A DNA stretch of 64,000 bases. Source: Candidatus Latescibacterota bacterium. GTDB taxonomy: Bacteria > Latescibacterota > UBA2968 > UBA8231. The notes under the pieces were generated by a model. It was not told the origin of the DNA and did not search any database. It was given only the letters and a program-made list of their open reading frames with translations. Location of the stretch: NCBI GenBank assembly GCA_965243025.1, contig CBDETY010000003.1:5664001-5728000 (forward strand), in the 5' to 3' direction. Shown one piece after another: positions 21,704 through 31,092 of this stretch. A program made the translations under genes and the position numbers. Each line of letters opens with the position of its first letter. Position 1 is the stretch's first letter.

Positions 21704-21947
21704 GAGCGGGCCGGAACTTCCCGGGACTCGACGATGCGCAGCCATGGAAACAATAAGGCACCATTCCGGACTCCCGGCCAAGGCGCAGAGCGCGGCGCCG
21801 AGGCCGACCTGCTCGTCATGCCCGGGGGGAAGCTCTACGGCTGGCGACGGGTGCCTGCGGATTCCCAAAACAGATTTGACATACAACCATTTCGTCGTAC
21901 GTTTGGTTTATAAAACAATTCTGCTTTACAACCGAAATGGTGTGAAA

Positions 21948-23177
21948 ATGGAAAACGTCCCCGAGTTCTACACGGGCGCTCCCGTCGACCCGGTTGACCT
22001 GCGTTTCCGCGAGACGTTTCTGGCGGAGCTGTGGCAGACGCTGCGCACCGGGCATGTGGTCCTCACGGCTCCTCGGCGAACCGGCAAGACCAGCGTCATG
22101 GATTACCTGCGCGACCATCCCGAGAACGGATTCTCTGTGGTGTCCATCAGCGTTCAGGACCTGACCCATCCCGCCGACTTCTTCCAGGTGCTGCTCGATG
22201 GATTCCACGATGCGCATCCGGATTTCGTGCGCGGCCGGCTTGCCGCGGGTTGGGAACTCGTCAGCGGTGTGGTCGGAAAGGTCGACGAAATCGGTGTCGG
22301 CGGCTTCAAGCTCGGGCTGCGCGAGAGCGCCCCCGACTGGCGCACGAACTGGCGCCAGTACGGCGACACGTTTCTCGCCCATGCCCGCAAAACCGATACC
22401 CGGATTCTTTTCATCATCGACGAGTTTCCCGACATGCTGCTCAGCCTGTCCCGGGAAGATGAAGGGTTGCCGCGCGAGTTCCTCGCCTGGTTTCGCACCC
22501 AGCGACAGAATCCGGCGCCGGCAAGGGATTCGGTTCGCTGGCTGATCGGCGGCTCGGTCAATCTGGGCGGCACCCTCGACGCCCTCGGGCTGGTCCACCT
22601 CATCAACGACCTCGAAGACGTTTCCCTGCCGCCCCTCACCGATGGCGACATCGAAGCCTTCGTGAAGGAGATGCTGGGCGGCCGGGGCGTCCCCTTCGAC
22701 GACGACGTTACGCAACGGCTCATCGCTCGCCTGGGCAGTCCCATCCCCTTCTTCATGCAGATGACGACCCAGAATCTCTACCGGTTGTGGAAACGGGAGC
22801 AACGCAGGATCACCGGGGCGGATGTCGATGCCGTGTTCGACGCGATGGTCGTCGGTTCCGCGGCACGCACCCGACTGCAGCACTTCCATTCGAGGATCAA
22901 CCAGTACTATGCGGATCCGAAACGCTCGATTGCCCATGCCTTGCTGGGACAGATCAGCGTGAGTGAATCAGGGCTTAGGCGCGCAACCCTGTTGCATGAG
23001 ACGGAACGCCTGCTGGAAGGTCTCGGCGTCACGCTCCCGGTGCATGAACGCAGGCAGATGTTCAACCAGCTGCTGCTCGACCTGGAGAACGATTTCTACA
23101 TCGTCGAGGTCGAGGAGCCGTTCTACGACTTTGCCAGCGGCGTCCTGAAATCGTGGTGGAGGAAATACCATGCCTGA
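21948..23177 (+). CDS. STAND/AAA-like P-loop ATPase with C-terminal winged helix
   Basis: Walker A APRRTGKTS, Walker B LFIIDEFP, GSPIPFF; AT-rich upstream region. Confidence 0.8.
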   Translation: MENVPEFYTGAPVDPVDLRFRETFLAELWQTLRTGHVVLTAPRRTGKTSVMDYLRDHPENGFSVVSISVQDLTHPADFFQVLLDGFHDAHPDFVRGRLAAGWELVSGVVGKVDEIGVGGFKLGLRESAPDWRTNWRQYGDTFLAHARKTDTRILFIIDEFPDMLLSLSREDEGLPREFLAWFRTQRQNPAPARDSVRWLIGGSVNLGGTLDALGLVHLINDLEDVSLPPLTDGDIEAFVKEMLGGRGVPFDDDVTQRLIARLGSPIPFFMQMTTQNLYRLWKREQRRITGADVDAVFDAMVVGSAARTRLQHFHSRINQYYADPKRSIAHALLGQISVSESGLRRATLLHETERLLEGLGVTLPVHERRQMFNQLLLDLENDFYIVEVEEPFYDFASGVLKSWWRKYHA

Positions 23178-25773
23178 GCCGACCCTAAATTCGAAAATCG
23201 GTCTGTACCGATCCGGCGTAACCAGCCCGGAGCGCCTGCACCGCACCAGCGTCGCGCGCCAACACCTGCTCGACAACGCCATCGAATCCCTGCGCGGTTC
23301 GGTGGGCAGGAAGTCGAAGAACCACCTGCTGTTTATCGGCCCGCGCGGGATCGGCAAGACCCACCTGCTCTCGTGCATCGAAGACGCCGTTCAGTCCGAT
23401 GAAACCCTGAGCCCATGTGTCGTAATCGTCCGGTTCCCGGAGGAATCGAACCGGACGCTGTCCTTCGCCGATTTCCTTATCGGCATGTGCGAAATATTGA
23501 AGGAGGTCCTCGAAGAGGAACCGCTGTGGGCGAAGCTGTTTGCCGCAGTGCAGACCGAAGAAGACGACGCCAGGGTTGCCGACAGGCTGGTGCCGGCGAT
23601 CCGCGAAGAGAACCGCAGGCGCGGCCGAACCATGCTGGTCATGCTCGAAAACCTGGGCGAGATCCTGGACCAGCAAATTCGACGCAAGAACCACGTCGCC
23701 GCCCTGCGCCAGTTCTTCATGGGCGACAACGGCTGCCTGCTGCTGGCCACCGCGCCGAGGCATTTCGACGGGATCACCGACGTGAGCCAGCCGTTCTACG
23801 ACTTCTTCGACACTCAGATCCTGGATAACCTGAGCTTCGGGGAAACGGTCGAGGTCATCCGCCTGAACCTCGAATGGGAAGAACGCACCGACATTCTCGA
23901 AACGCTGGACGAAATGCGCCCGCGGCTGCAAGCGCTTTATCGCATGACGGGGGGAAATCCACGTTTGACGATGATGCTCTACGAGCTGATCGCCCACGAG
24001 TCGGTCATCAGCGTGCAGGATCAGTTCCTCCAGCTGCTCGACCGGATCTCGCCGTTCTACCAGGGACGATTGAACGATCTGCCGCCGGGCCAGCGCGCCC
24101 TGCTGGAATGTCTGGCGAGCATGCGCGACCAGGAGAAGACTCCGGCCGCCATTGCCGCGCGAATGCGCATGAGCCAGCAGGAGACGTCGTCGCTTCTCAA
24201 GCGTCTCACCAGTGCCCACTACCTGCGCGCAGACCGGCACCCGCGGGACAAGCGTTCGCGCCTCTACACGATACGCGAGGGTTTCTTCGACATCTGGCTC
24301 GCGATGAGCCTCTCCCGCGGGGCACGCAGGCGCATGCCGTTCCTGCTCGACTTCTTCAGTCTCTTCTACCCGAGCATCGCGGCCCGCGAGGAAAAGCGCC
24401 GTCAGTTGCGCGCGAAGCTTCTCGAAGAGGGCAGCGATGACGCGGAAAGGTCCCTCGACTACCTGAGTGAAGTCGGCGGCGAAGGGGAGCGGGCGACCGC
24501 GAAGTTCGACATGGCCAGAACTTATGCCCGCCGTGGAGATTTCGATCAGACGGTGAGCTACGTGCGGGAAGCCGCGCCCCTGGCCGGAGACGGAGTGAGC
24601 CGGTCGATTGTCCGCATTGCCGACAGCACTCCGTCCGCTCCCGACTATCTCTCGGAAATCGAGGAGATGATCGAGTGCTGGGAGCTGCACCGCAGTGGCG
24701 AGCTCGAGGAGTTTGCCTACCGGCTGGCGGAGATGGGGGAAGGACTGACCCTCCGCACGTTCTCCGAGACCAGACTGGCGTTTCTGCGAGATACCCTGGA
24801 AAGCGTGGGGGATGCCGAGGATCGGATCGCGCAGCGCCTGGGAATTGCGGCGGTTCTGATGGATCTCGCACGCTGGGAGGAGTGCGAGGAGCAGCAGCGC
24901 CAAGCGCTTGCCGAGGCGACGGCACTCGCCGATTCCGACCTTGTCGCAAGGGCGTCGAACGAGCTGGGGCAGCTGCTGCAGCGCACAAACCGACTCGGAG
25001 AGGCGGAACCGCTGATGCGTCGTGCACTGGAGATCTTCCTGGCCGCCTACGGCGAGCAGCACCCGGAGGTGGCAACTTGCTCGAGTAACCTGGCTTCTCT
25101 GCTGCATGACACCAACCGGACCGAGGAAGCCGAACCGCTGATGCGGCGTGCCCTGGAGACCGCGGAGGCCTCCCTCGGCGAGCAGCACTCGACCGTGGCG
25201 ATCTACCTGAACAACCTGGCGATTCTGCTGAAGGACACCAACCGGATCGGGGAAGCCGAACCGCTGATGCGGCGTGCGCTGGAGATCGACGTGGAGGCCC
25301 TCGGTGAGCAGCACCCAACCGTGGGGAACCGCTTGAACAACCTGGCGAATCTGCTGCTGAACACCAACCGAATCGAGGAAGCCGAACCCTTGATGCGGCG
25401 TGCGCTTGAGATCGACGAGGCCGCCTTCGGGGAACAGCACCCGAGGGTGGCGACTTGCTTGAACAACCTGGCGACTCTGCTGCATGGTAGCGGCCGGATC
25501 GAGGAAGCCGAGCCGCTGATGCGTCGTGCGTTGGAGATCCGCGAGAGGGCTTTCGGTCAGCGGCATCCAGACGTAGCGACACACATGAACAACCTGGCGA
25601 CCCTGCTGCTGGACACTCACCGGATCGAGGAAGCCGAGCCCTTGATGCGGCGATCCCTGGAAATCCTGGACACCTTCCGTCGCCAAACCGGGCACGAGCA
25701 CCCGCACTTCCAAGACGCGAACGAGAGCTACCAGACCCTTAAGCGAGCCATGGGATCCAACGAGCCGGACTGA
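23170..25773 (+). CDS. STAND-like ATPase - winged helix - TPR (42-aa repeats) protein
   Basis: Walker A GPRGIGKT, atypical Walker B LVMLENL, TGGNPR, wHTH, EAEPLMRRALEI repeats; overlaps upstream gene by 8 nt. Confidence 0.85.
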   Translation: MPEPTLNSKIGLYRSGVTSPERLHRTSVARQHLLDNAIESLRGSVGRKSKNHLLFIGPRGIGKTHLLSCIEDAVQSDETLSPCVVIVRFPEESNRTLSFADFLIGMCEILKEVLEEEPLWAKLFAAVQTEEDDARVADRLVPAIREENRRRGRTMLVMLENLGEILDQQIRRKNHVAALRQFFMGDNGCLLLATAPRHFDGITDVSQPFYDFFDTQILDNLSFGETVEVIRLNLEWEERTDILETLDEMRPRLQALYRMTGGNPRLTMMLYELIAHESVISVQDQFLQLLDRISPFYQGRLNDLPPGQRALLECLASMRDQEKTPAAIAARMRMSQQETSSLLKRLTSAHYLRADRHPRDKRSRLYTIREGFFDIWLAMSLSRGARRRMPFLLDFFSLFYPSIAAREEKRRQLRAKLLEEGSDDAERSLDYLSEVGGEGERATAKFDMARTYARRGDFDQTVSYVREAAPLAGDGVSRSIVRIADSTPSAPDYLSEIEEMIECWELHRSGELEEFAYRLAEMGEGLTLRTFSETRLAFLRDTLESVGDAEDRIAQRLGIAAVLMDLARWEECEEQQRQALAEATALADSDLVARASNELGQLLQRTNRLGEAEPLMRRALEIFLAAYGEQHPEVATCSSNLASLLHDTNRTEEAEPLMRRALETAEASLGEQHSTVAIYLNNLAILLKDTNRIGEAEPLMRRALEIDVEALGEQHPTVGNRLNNLANLLLNTNRIEEAEPLMRRALEIDEAAFGEQHPRVATCLNNLATLLHGSGRIEEAEPLMRRALEIRERAFGQRHPDVATHMNNLATLLLDTHRIEEAEPLMRRSLEILDTFRRQTGHEHPHFQDANESYQTLKRAMGSNEPD
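24950..25690 (+). repeat. Coding 126-bp tandem repeat (TPR array, about 6 units)
   Basis: GAxGCxGAxCCx(C/T)TGATGCG recurs at 25000, 25126, 25252, 25378, 25504, 25630. Confidence 0.9.
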
Positions 25774-25789
25774 TCGGCATGCGATTGGC

Positions 25790-25816
25790 CGTCACAATCT
25801 GTCGATTGTGGTGTCC
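25790..25816 (+). promoter_or_regulatory. Putative ECF-type promoter containing a palindrome
   Basis: GTCACA (25791-25796)...TGTC (25812-25815) resembles the ECF41-type TGTCACA-n16-CGTC; CACAATC-N4-GATTGTG palindrome at 25793-25810. Confidence 0.4.
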
Positions 25817-25833
25817 TGTAAGTGGGTACTCCA

Positions 25834-27066
25834 ATGGTCTGCAACTACGAGGAACTGGCTGCTCTGACCAGGGCGGCTCGAGCAGGGGATCTGCGCGCCT
25901 ACGGCCGAATCGTCGAGTTGACCCGCAACTCGGTGGAGGCGGCGGCGCGGGTAATCATTCACAACCCCGAAGATGCGGAGGATATCGCGCAGGAGACCTA
26001 TGTGCGCGCCTTCGGTCAGCTCGCAAACCTGCAGGACGCCGCCTCGCTGCCGGCGTGGCTCCAGCGCATCGCCCGGAACCTGGCGCTGAACCGCAGGCGG
26101 GCCAGCCGCTGGTCATTTGTCAGCGACTTCGATGTGTCGCAGATCGCCCAGCCGGATGCCGATGCCGATGAACTCGGTCCGGCGCTCGCCCGGGCCCTTG
26201 TCGGACTGGGCGGCGAGGATCGCCAGCTGTGCGAGAGATACTACCACGGCGGTTGGACCACGGCGCGTCTGGCCGGCGAGATGAAGATCAGCGAGGTCGC
26301 TGTCCGCAAACGTCTGCAACGCGTCCGCGAACGCCTGCGAAAGGGAATCGCCATGACCGGAATGGATCTGCCCGAGCGCATCGTCGAACTCCTGTCAAAG
26401 CCGAATCTGACCGCCCTGCCGGAAAACCCGGTGGGAGCTGTCTGGGAGGCATTCAAGCGTCAGTACGACGGTTTTTCAGAGGTCGAGCTCGAGGAGAGAA
26501 TCGACCCTGAAAAGGTCAGGGAGATCCTCGCAAATGCCGGCAATGGGCCGCTCGAAGAGTACCTGACAGCGGCGAGCCGCCAACAGTGGCTGCGGCGTGC
26601 GCTCACGGTGCCGATGGTGATGGAAGCAGCGGGCAGGGAGGCCCCGGTGCAGCTGATCGCCACGGGGAAGACCTACCGGATAGACAACGGGGAGGAGAGC
26701 AGTACCAAACTGCACGCCTTTCATCAGGCCGAGGTGCTGTGGGTCGGGGAAGGTTTGAGCGAGTGGCAGTTGATGGCGCCGTTCAGCGAGTTCATCCGGG
26801 AACTGAACCCGGAAATGGAGCTGCGCATCCATCATTTCGACTACTCGCTCCACTCGGAGCGGGGATGGAAGATTGCGGTTCAACTGCGGGGAATGGAATG
26901 GAGTTCGATCGCGGGGTTGGGTCGGATGAAAGCCAGTCTCCTCGAGGCCCTGGGGTACGACTCGGACCGGTTGACGGCCGTCGCGCTCGGAGTGGGTCTG
27001 GAACGCCTGGCCATGATGCAGTACGGCATCGATGACATCCGCCGGATGGAGGCCGAGCGCGTATAG
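25834..27066 (+). CDS. ECF sigma factor fused to a degenerate phenylalanyl-tRNA synthetase alpha catalytic domain
   Basis: Sigma2 DAEDIAQETYVRAF/WLQRIARN, sigma4 SEVAVRKRLQRVRERL; class II aaRS motifs GKTYR...FHQAE and ALGVGLERLAMMQYGIDDIR. Confidence 0.85.
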   Translation: MVCNYEELAALTRAARAGDLRAYGRIVELTRNSVEAAARVIIHNPEDAEDIAQETYVRAFGQLANLQDAASLPAWLQRIARNLALNRRRASRWSFVSDFDVSQIAQPDADADELGPALARALVGLGGEDRQLCERYYHGGWTTARLAGEMKISEVAVRKRLQRVRERLRKGIAMTGMDLPERIVELLSKPNLTALPENPVGAVWEAFKRQYDGFSEVELEERIDPEKVREILANAGNGPLEEYLTAASRQQWLRRALTVPMVMEAAGREAPVQLIATGKTYRIDNGEESSTKLHAFHQAEVLWVGEGLSEWQLMAPFSEFIRELNPEMELRIHHFDYSLHSERGWKIAVQLRGMEWSSIAGLGRMKASLLEALGYDSDRLTAVALGVGLERLAMMQYGIDDIRRMEAERV

Positions 27067-27172
27067 GAGCTTCGCTCCCTGGCATCCATGGCTCGCGGCG
27101 CACCAACCGACTCGGAGAGGCGGAACTGCTTATGCGCGGTCCGGGTTTATCGAGGCTCCTGAAGGCAAGGCG

Positions 27173-27733
27173 TCACTCGGCGACGCACCGTCCATCCCTG
27201 TACGCCAGAACCGGTTCGTTGGGCACTGAGCAGTCCGAAAAATACTCGTAGCGCTCGTTCATATCGGCTTCAAAGGCGTTATACGCTGTCAGCCGCTCGG
27301 CCAGCGCCGTCGAGTCGGTGGACGAGGCGGAGTAAACAACGTACTCCCAGGGACCGCCGCAGGGCTTGGAGCCCAGGCCCACGTACCGACAGTCCTCAAT
27401 CGACGCGCCCGCAGCGTCCCCGACGAGGGCGTCGATCTCCCCTCGCATCTCCGCCAGCTGTGCACGGTCGCCTTCCTCGGTCCGCTGGTCGCCGTTGTTG
27501 TCTCCGACGACAGGATCCGAGTCCGTCGTGTCGGCGACCCCGGTGTTCGTCCCCGGTATCCGGGACTCCGCCAAACCGGCGACAGGGGCGCTGAAGGTCA
27601 GGCTGCTGGATATGCGTTTCCCGGCAGCCCCGGAATTCCCTGCCGGCTGGCCGGGTGAAACAGGATCGTCTTCACCGCATGCGCCCAGCGCCAGGACGCA
27701 AGCCAGGAAGTACAAAGCGGATTCTGATTTCAT
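27173..27733 (-). CDS. Hypothetical lipoprotein with Cys-rich C-terminal domain
   Basis: Lipobox LGAC; CRYVGLGSKPCGGPWEY, SDC, GRC. Confidence 0.7.
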   Translation of the reverse strand: MKSESALYFLACVLALGACGEDDPVSPGQPAGNSGAAGKRISSSLTFSAPVAGLAESRIPGTNTGVADTTDSDPVVGDNNGDQRTEEGDRAQLAEMRGEIDALVGDAAGASIEDCRYVGLGSKPCGGPWEYVVYSASSTDSTALAERLTAYNAFEADMNERYEYFSDCSVPNEPVLAYRDGRCVAE

Positions 27734-27966
27734 GCCGGCCTCTCGTCACAAGCGAGGAGACAACCGGCGATCCATGCCGCCGCAGTCAAGTTTTGCATGG
27801 TCTTCCTTTCGTCAAGAGAGAGCCGCAGCCAGCACTGTGAGACCACTTGACCTGATGACAGGTTCCTCCACCTAGCGGCGCTAACTGCAGCCGCGTCAAC
27901 CTGCCCACAATGTAACCCTCGCCATCAACACCAGGCCCAGGGAATATGCGCCCGTACGACTGGATT

Positions 27967-28743
27967 CTACTGCTGTCCCGATTGGTGCCGAATCGATAGA
28001 TGTTCGGGGATGCCCTGTCCCATCACCATGGCGGCGACGTCGTCCTGCGTGACGTCGGAGATCTGGAAGTCGCCGACCTTTTCGCCGTGGCTGAGAATGG
28101 TGGCGCGGTCGGCGACCTCGAAGACATGGGGGATATTGTGGGTGATGAAAATCACCCCCAGTCCTTTTTCTTTCGCCGCGGCGATATAGCCGAGCACCTT
28201 GCGGGTTTCGCCGACGGAAAGAGCGGATGTCGGTTCGTCGAGAATGAGCACGCGGGTCCCGAAGTGAAGGGCGCGGGCTATGGAGATCGATTGCCGCTCG
28301 CCGCCGGAGAGAAGGGCGACGGACTCCTTCGCGTTGCGGATGTGTATGCCTATCTCACCCAGCGCCGTGGCTGCCCCGGTGTCCATCCTTGCCTGGTCGA
28401 AAAGCGTGAAGGGACCGACCCGCCTGACGAGCTCCCTGCCCAAGAAGAAGTTGCGCGCGATGCTCATGCTCGGGACGAGGGCGAGATCCTGGTACACGGT
28501 CTCGATCCCGAGGTCGCGGGCATCCTGCGGCGAGTCGAAGCGGACAGCCCTGCCCTCGAACTTCATGATACCCGAGCTCGGCGGATAAACCCCCGTGATC
28601 ACCTTGATCAGGGTGGACTTGCCCGCCCCGTTGTCCCCCAGGAGCGCGAGGACCTCACCCTCCATGAGGGTAAAGTCGATACCATCCAGCGCGACGATAT
28701 GCCCGAAACGCCGGCCGATATTGTTTAGCTCCAACAAGGCCAA
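27967..28743 (-). CDS. Sugar ABC transporter ATP-binding protein
   Basis: GDNGAGKST, LSGGERQ, ILDEPT, ITHN. Confidence 0.95.
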   Translation of the reverse strand: MALLELNNIGRRFGHIVALDGIDFTLMEGEVLALLGDNGAGKSTLIKVITGVYPPSSGIMKFEGRAVRFDSPQDARDLGIETVYQDLALVPSMSIARNFFLGRELVRRVGPFTLFDQARMDTGAATALGEIGIHIRNAKESVALLSGGERQSISIARALHFGTRVLILDEPTSALSVGETRKVLGYIAAAKEKGLGVIFITHNIPHVFEVADRATILSHGEKVGDFQISDVTQDDVAAMVMGQGIPEHLSIRHQSGQQ

Positions 28744-28753
28744 AAACGGAGCC

Positions 28754-29932
28754 TCAGCGTTCCTTGCGCACGTAGTTGTTGATCACGACGGCCGCGATCA
28801 GGATGACCCCGATGGCGCCCCGGAAGGCATTGGAGGGCACCTGCAGGAGAACGAGCCCGGTGCGCAGCATGCCGGTCAGCGCGGTGCCGATCGCGGAACC
28901 GATCAGACTCCCATACCCCCCTTTGAGCAGCGTCCCTCCGATAACCACCGCGGCGATGACTTCCAGCTCCAGCCCCGTGCCCCGCAACGGGTCGACGCTT
29001 TTGAGGCGTGCGACCTGAACGATCCCGGCGAACGCGGCGAGGAATCCCGATATGACGAATGCGATCACCCGCACGCGGTCGATACGGATACCCTGAAGAC
29101 GGGCGGCCTGGGCGTTGCCCCCCGTGGCAAAGACCGCATTTCCAAACCGGGTCTGACTTAAAACGATCGCGAAAAGGGCGGTCAGTCCCAGCCACCAGAG
29201 AATGCAGGTGCGGTAGTACCCCGGTTCGATGCGTCCGTTGAGCGCGGAGAAGAAATCGATTTTTACCGGAGTCAGAGGATTGGGTAGAACTGCCTGAAGG
29301 ATGAGATAGCCGGCGAAAAGGACCGAGGCGGCAAGCAGGACTTTCGACTTGAGCGACCGGTTTCCCGCCCGCCAGATATCCCGCGCCGTCCACAGGACAA
29401 CCAGAAAAAAAACAAGCGCGAGTATAAGAACCACGGGACCGGGAATTTCGAGAATCGGAGGCTCGCGCGAGTAGTCGGCATAGCGGACGATGCGCCCGCC
29501 TGAAATAGCGGAAAGCGGAATGGCGCGATAGGCGAGCATCGTCCCCAAGGTGATGATGAAGGAGGGGATGCCGGTCGACACGAGGAGCAGTCCATTGATC
29601 AGACCGAGCAGGGAACCGGCGGTCAAACCAATACATGCCGCCAGCAGGATCGGCACGCCGTTTACGGTCGCAAAGAGAAAGGCGAGAGAGGACACCCCCA
29701 GGATGGAACCGACCGAAAGGTCGAACTCCCCGGAAATCATCAGGAGCGTAATGCCGATGGCGAGGATTCCCGGAACGGCCTGGCTGTTGAGGATGGATGA
29801 AATCGCGCTGTGGGAGAGAAAGGTGTCCGGAGCGGCCAGCGCGAAGACCAGAAAGATGACGGTGAAACCTGCCGCGGCCCCGGCTTCCGGAGAGCGCGCG
29901 AAACGTCCGCGAACAGCCTCGTAAAACTTCAA
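28754..29932 (-). CDS. Sugar ABC transporter permease (RbsC-like)
   Basis: SGEFDLSVG, IPSFIITLG, GGNAQAARLQG, ELEVIAAVVIGGT; TTG start after AGGA. Confidence 0.92.
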   Translation of the reverse strand: MKFYEAVRGRFARSPEAGAAAGFTVIFLVFALAAPDTFLSHSAISSILNSQAVPGILAIGITLLMISGEFDLSVGSILGVSSLAFLFATVNGVPILLAACIGLTAGSLLGLINGLLLVSTGIPSFIITLGTMLAYRAIPLSAISGGRIVRYADYSREPPILEIPGPVVLILALVFFLVVLWTARDIWRAGNRSLKSKVLLAASVLFAGYLILQAVLPNPLTPVKIDFFSALNGRIEPGYYRTCILWWLGLTALFAIVLSQTRFGNAVFATGGNAQAARLQGIRIDRVRVIAFVISGFLAAFAGIVQVARLKSVDPLRGTGLELEVIAAVVIGGTLLKGGYGSLIGSAIGTALTGMLRTGLVLLQVPSNAFRGAIGVILIAAVVINNYVRKER

Positions 29933-29939
29933 TTGATTC

Positions 29940-30908
29940 CTACCTGTAGCCGTCAGCAACCAACCCGGAAATGCGGTCGACATTCGCTGCGTCGATGGCG
30001 AACGGACCGGTGAGCACATCCTGCGCGAGGGTAAGGCCGTAGGCGTTGTTCAGGTAAAGAAAGGAAACGGTCAGGTAGCCCTGCAGATAGGGCTGTTGAT
30101 CGACAGCCTGGACCGTGTATCCGCCGCGGATGTGGTCGAATATGGCGGTGCTCGTGTCGTGGGTGACGTGCAGGATTTCGCCGGCTTCCTTTCCCTCTTC
30201 CTCCAGAAAGAGATAGAAGGCATCGGCCGGCAGCGGTCCGAGGGTGGCGATGGCGTTGGTTTCGGGGTGGCCGAGGAAGTAGTCGCGCAACAGGCCCGAG
30301 GACTGCTCGACATCGTTGGATATGGTCAGGCCGTCGACGGTGATTCCCCTTTCCTCGAGAATGCTCGAGAATCCGGCGAACCGCGCTTCGAGCCCGCTGT
30401 GTCCGAGCTCCTGTATGGGACATACGGCGCGCCGCACCGCGACCCCGCGTTTCTCCGCCTCGGCGAGAACGGCTCTCGCATTGGATTGGCCGCCGAGGTA
30501 CTCGCTGGCGCCGACGTAGAACTGCGTGGGCAGCGCGTTTTCGGTTCCGGCATTGGGGTCCGCCGTGTTGAGCACGATAACGGGGATGCCCGCCGCGTGC
30601 GCGCGCTCGACGCTCTCGCGGATCGCCTCCGGGTCCGGGCAGGTAATCCCGATGCCCTTGACCTTGTTGGCGATGGCGTCGTCGAGAAAATCGGTCATGT
30701 CCTCGATCGAAAAGGTGGGATTGCTCAGCCATTGCACGTCGACGCCATACCGTTCGGCCGCGTCTTCCATGCCCTTGATCACCACGTTCCAGAACGGATT
30801 CCCGGGCCCGCCATGGGTGACGAAAGCGAACTTGTAGCGCTCCTGGGCAACTGCGGAGTGCAGGCAAGCGAATACCAGGAATAGGGCGGGAATACAGCGG
30901 AAAATCAT
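29940..30908 (-). CDS. Sugar ABC transporter substrate-binding protein
   Basis: Signal peptide, VTHGGPGNPFWNVV, VDQQPYLQGY. Confidence 0.9.
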   Translation of the reverse strand: MIFRCIPALFLVFACLHSAVAQERYKFAFVTHGGPGNPFWNVVIKGMEDAAERYGVDVQWLSNPTFSIEDMTDFLDDAIANKVKGIGITCPDPEAIRESVERAHAAGIPVIVLNTADPNAGTENALPTQFYVGASEYLGGQSNARAVLAEAEKRGVAVRRAVCPIQELGHSGLEARFAGFSSILEERGITVDGLTISNDVEQSSGLLRDYFLGHPETNAIATLGPLPADAFYLFLEEEGKEAGEILHVTHDTSTAIFDHIRGGYTVQAVDQQPYLQGYLTVSFLYLNNAYGLTLAQDVLTGPFAIDAANVDRISGLVADGYR

Positions 30909-31092
30909 TGGGAACTCCTGTTTTCGAGATGATGGCTCGCAAGCTAAGCAGCCCAAAAAGACCAAGTCAATCTTGCACGCCTGGAGGGTCGATCCGGGAT
31001 GATGGGGGCAAATAGGTGCTTGTCAGCGGTCCCCATCCTTCAGTTTTTCCCGAGCGGGAAAGAAGACCGGACATAACAAGGAGCAAAGACAA

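Noticed and set aside
21597-21947. N-terminal extension of the first ATPase
   Set aside because: Overlaps the opposite-strand FGE gene and the AT-rich promoter region; ATG 21948 preferred
24950-25690. Regular repeats as a possible CRISPR array
   Set aside because: 126-bp in-frame coding TPR units without unique spacers; no cas genes seen
25834-27066. Calling the fusion the housekeeping pheS
   Set aside because: No adjacent pheT, altered substrate-pocket motifs, and an N-terminal sigma domain
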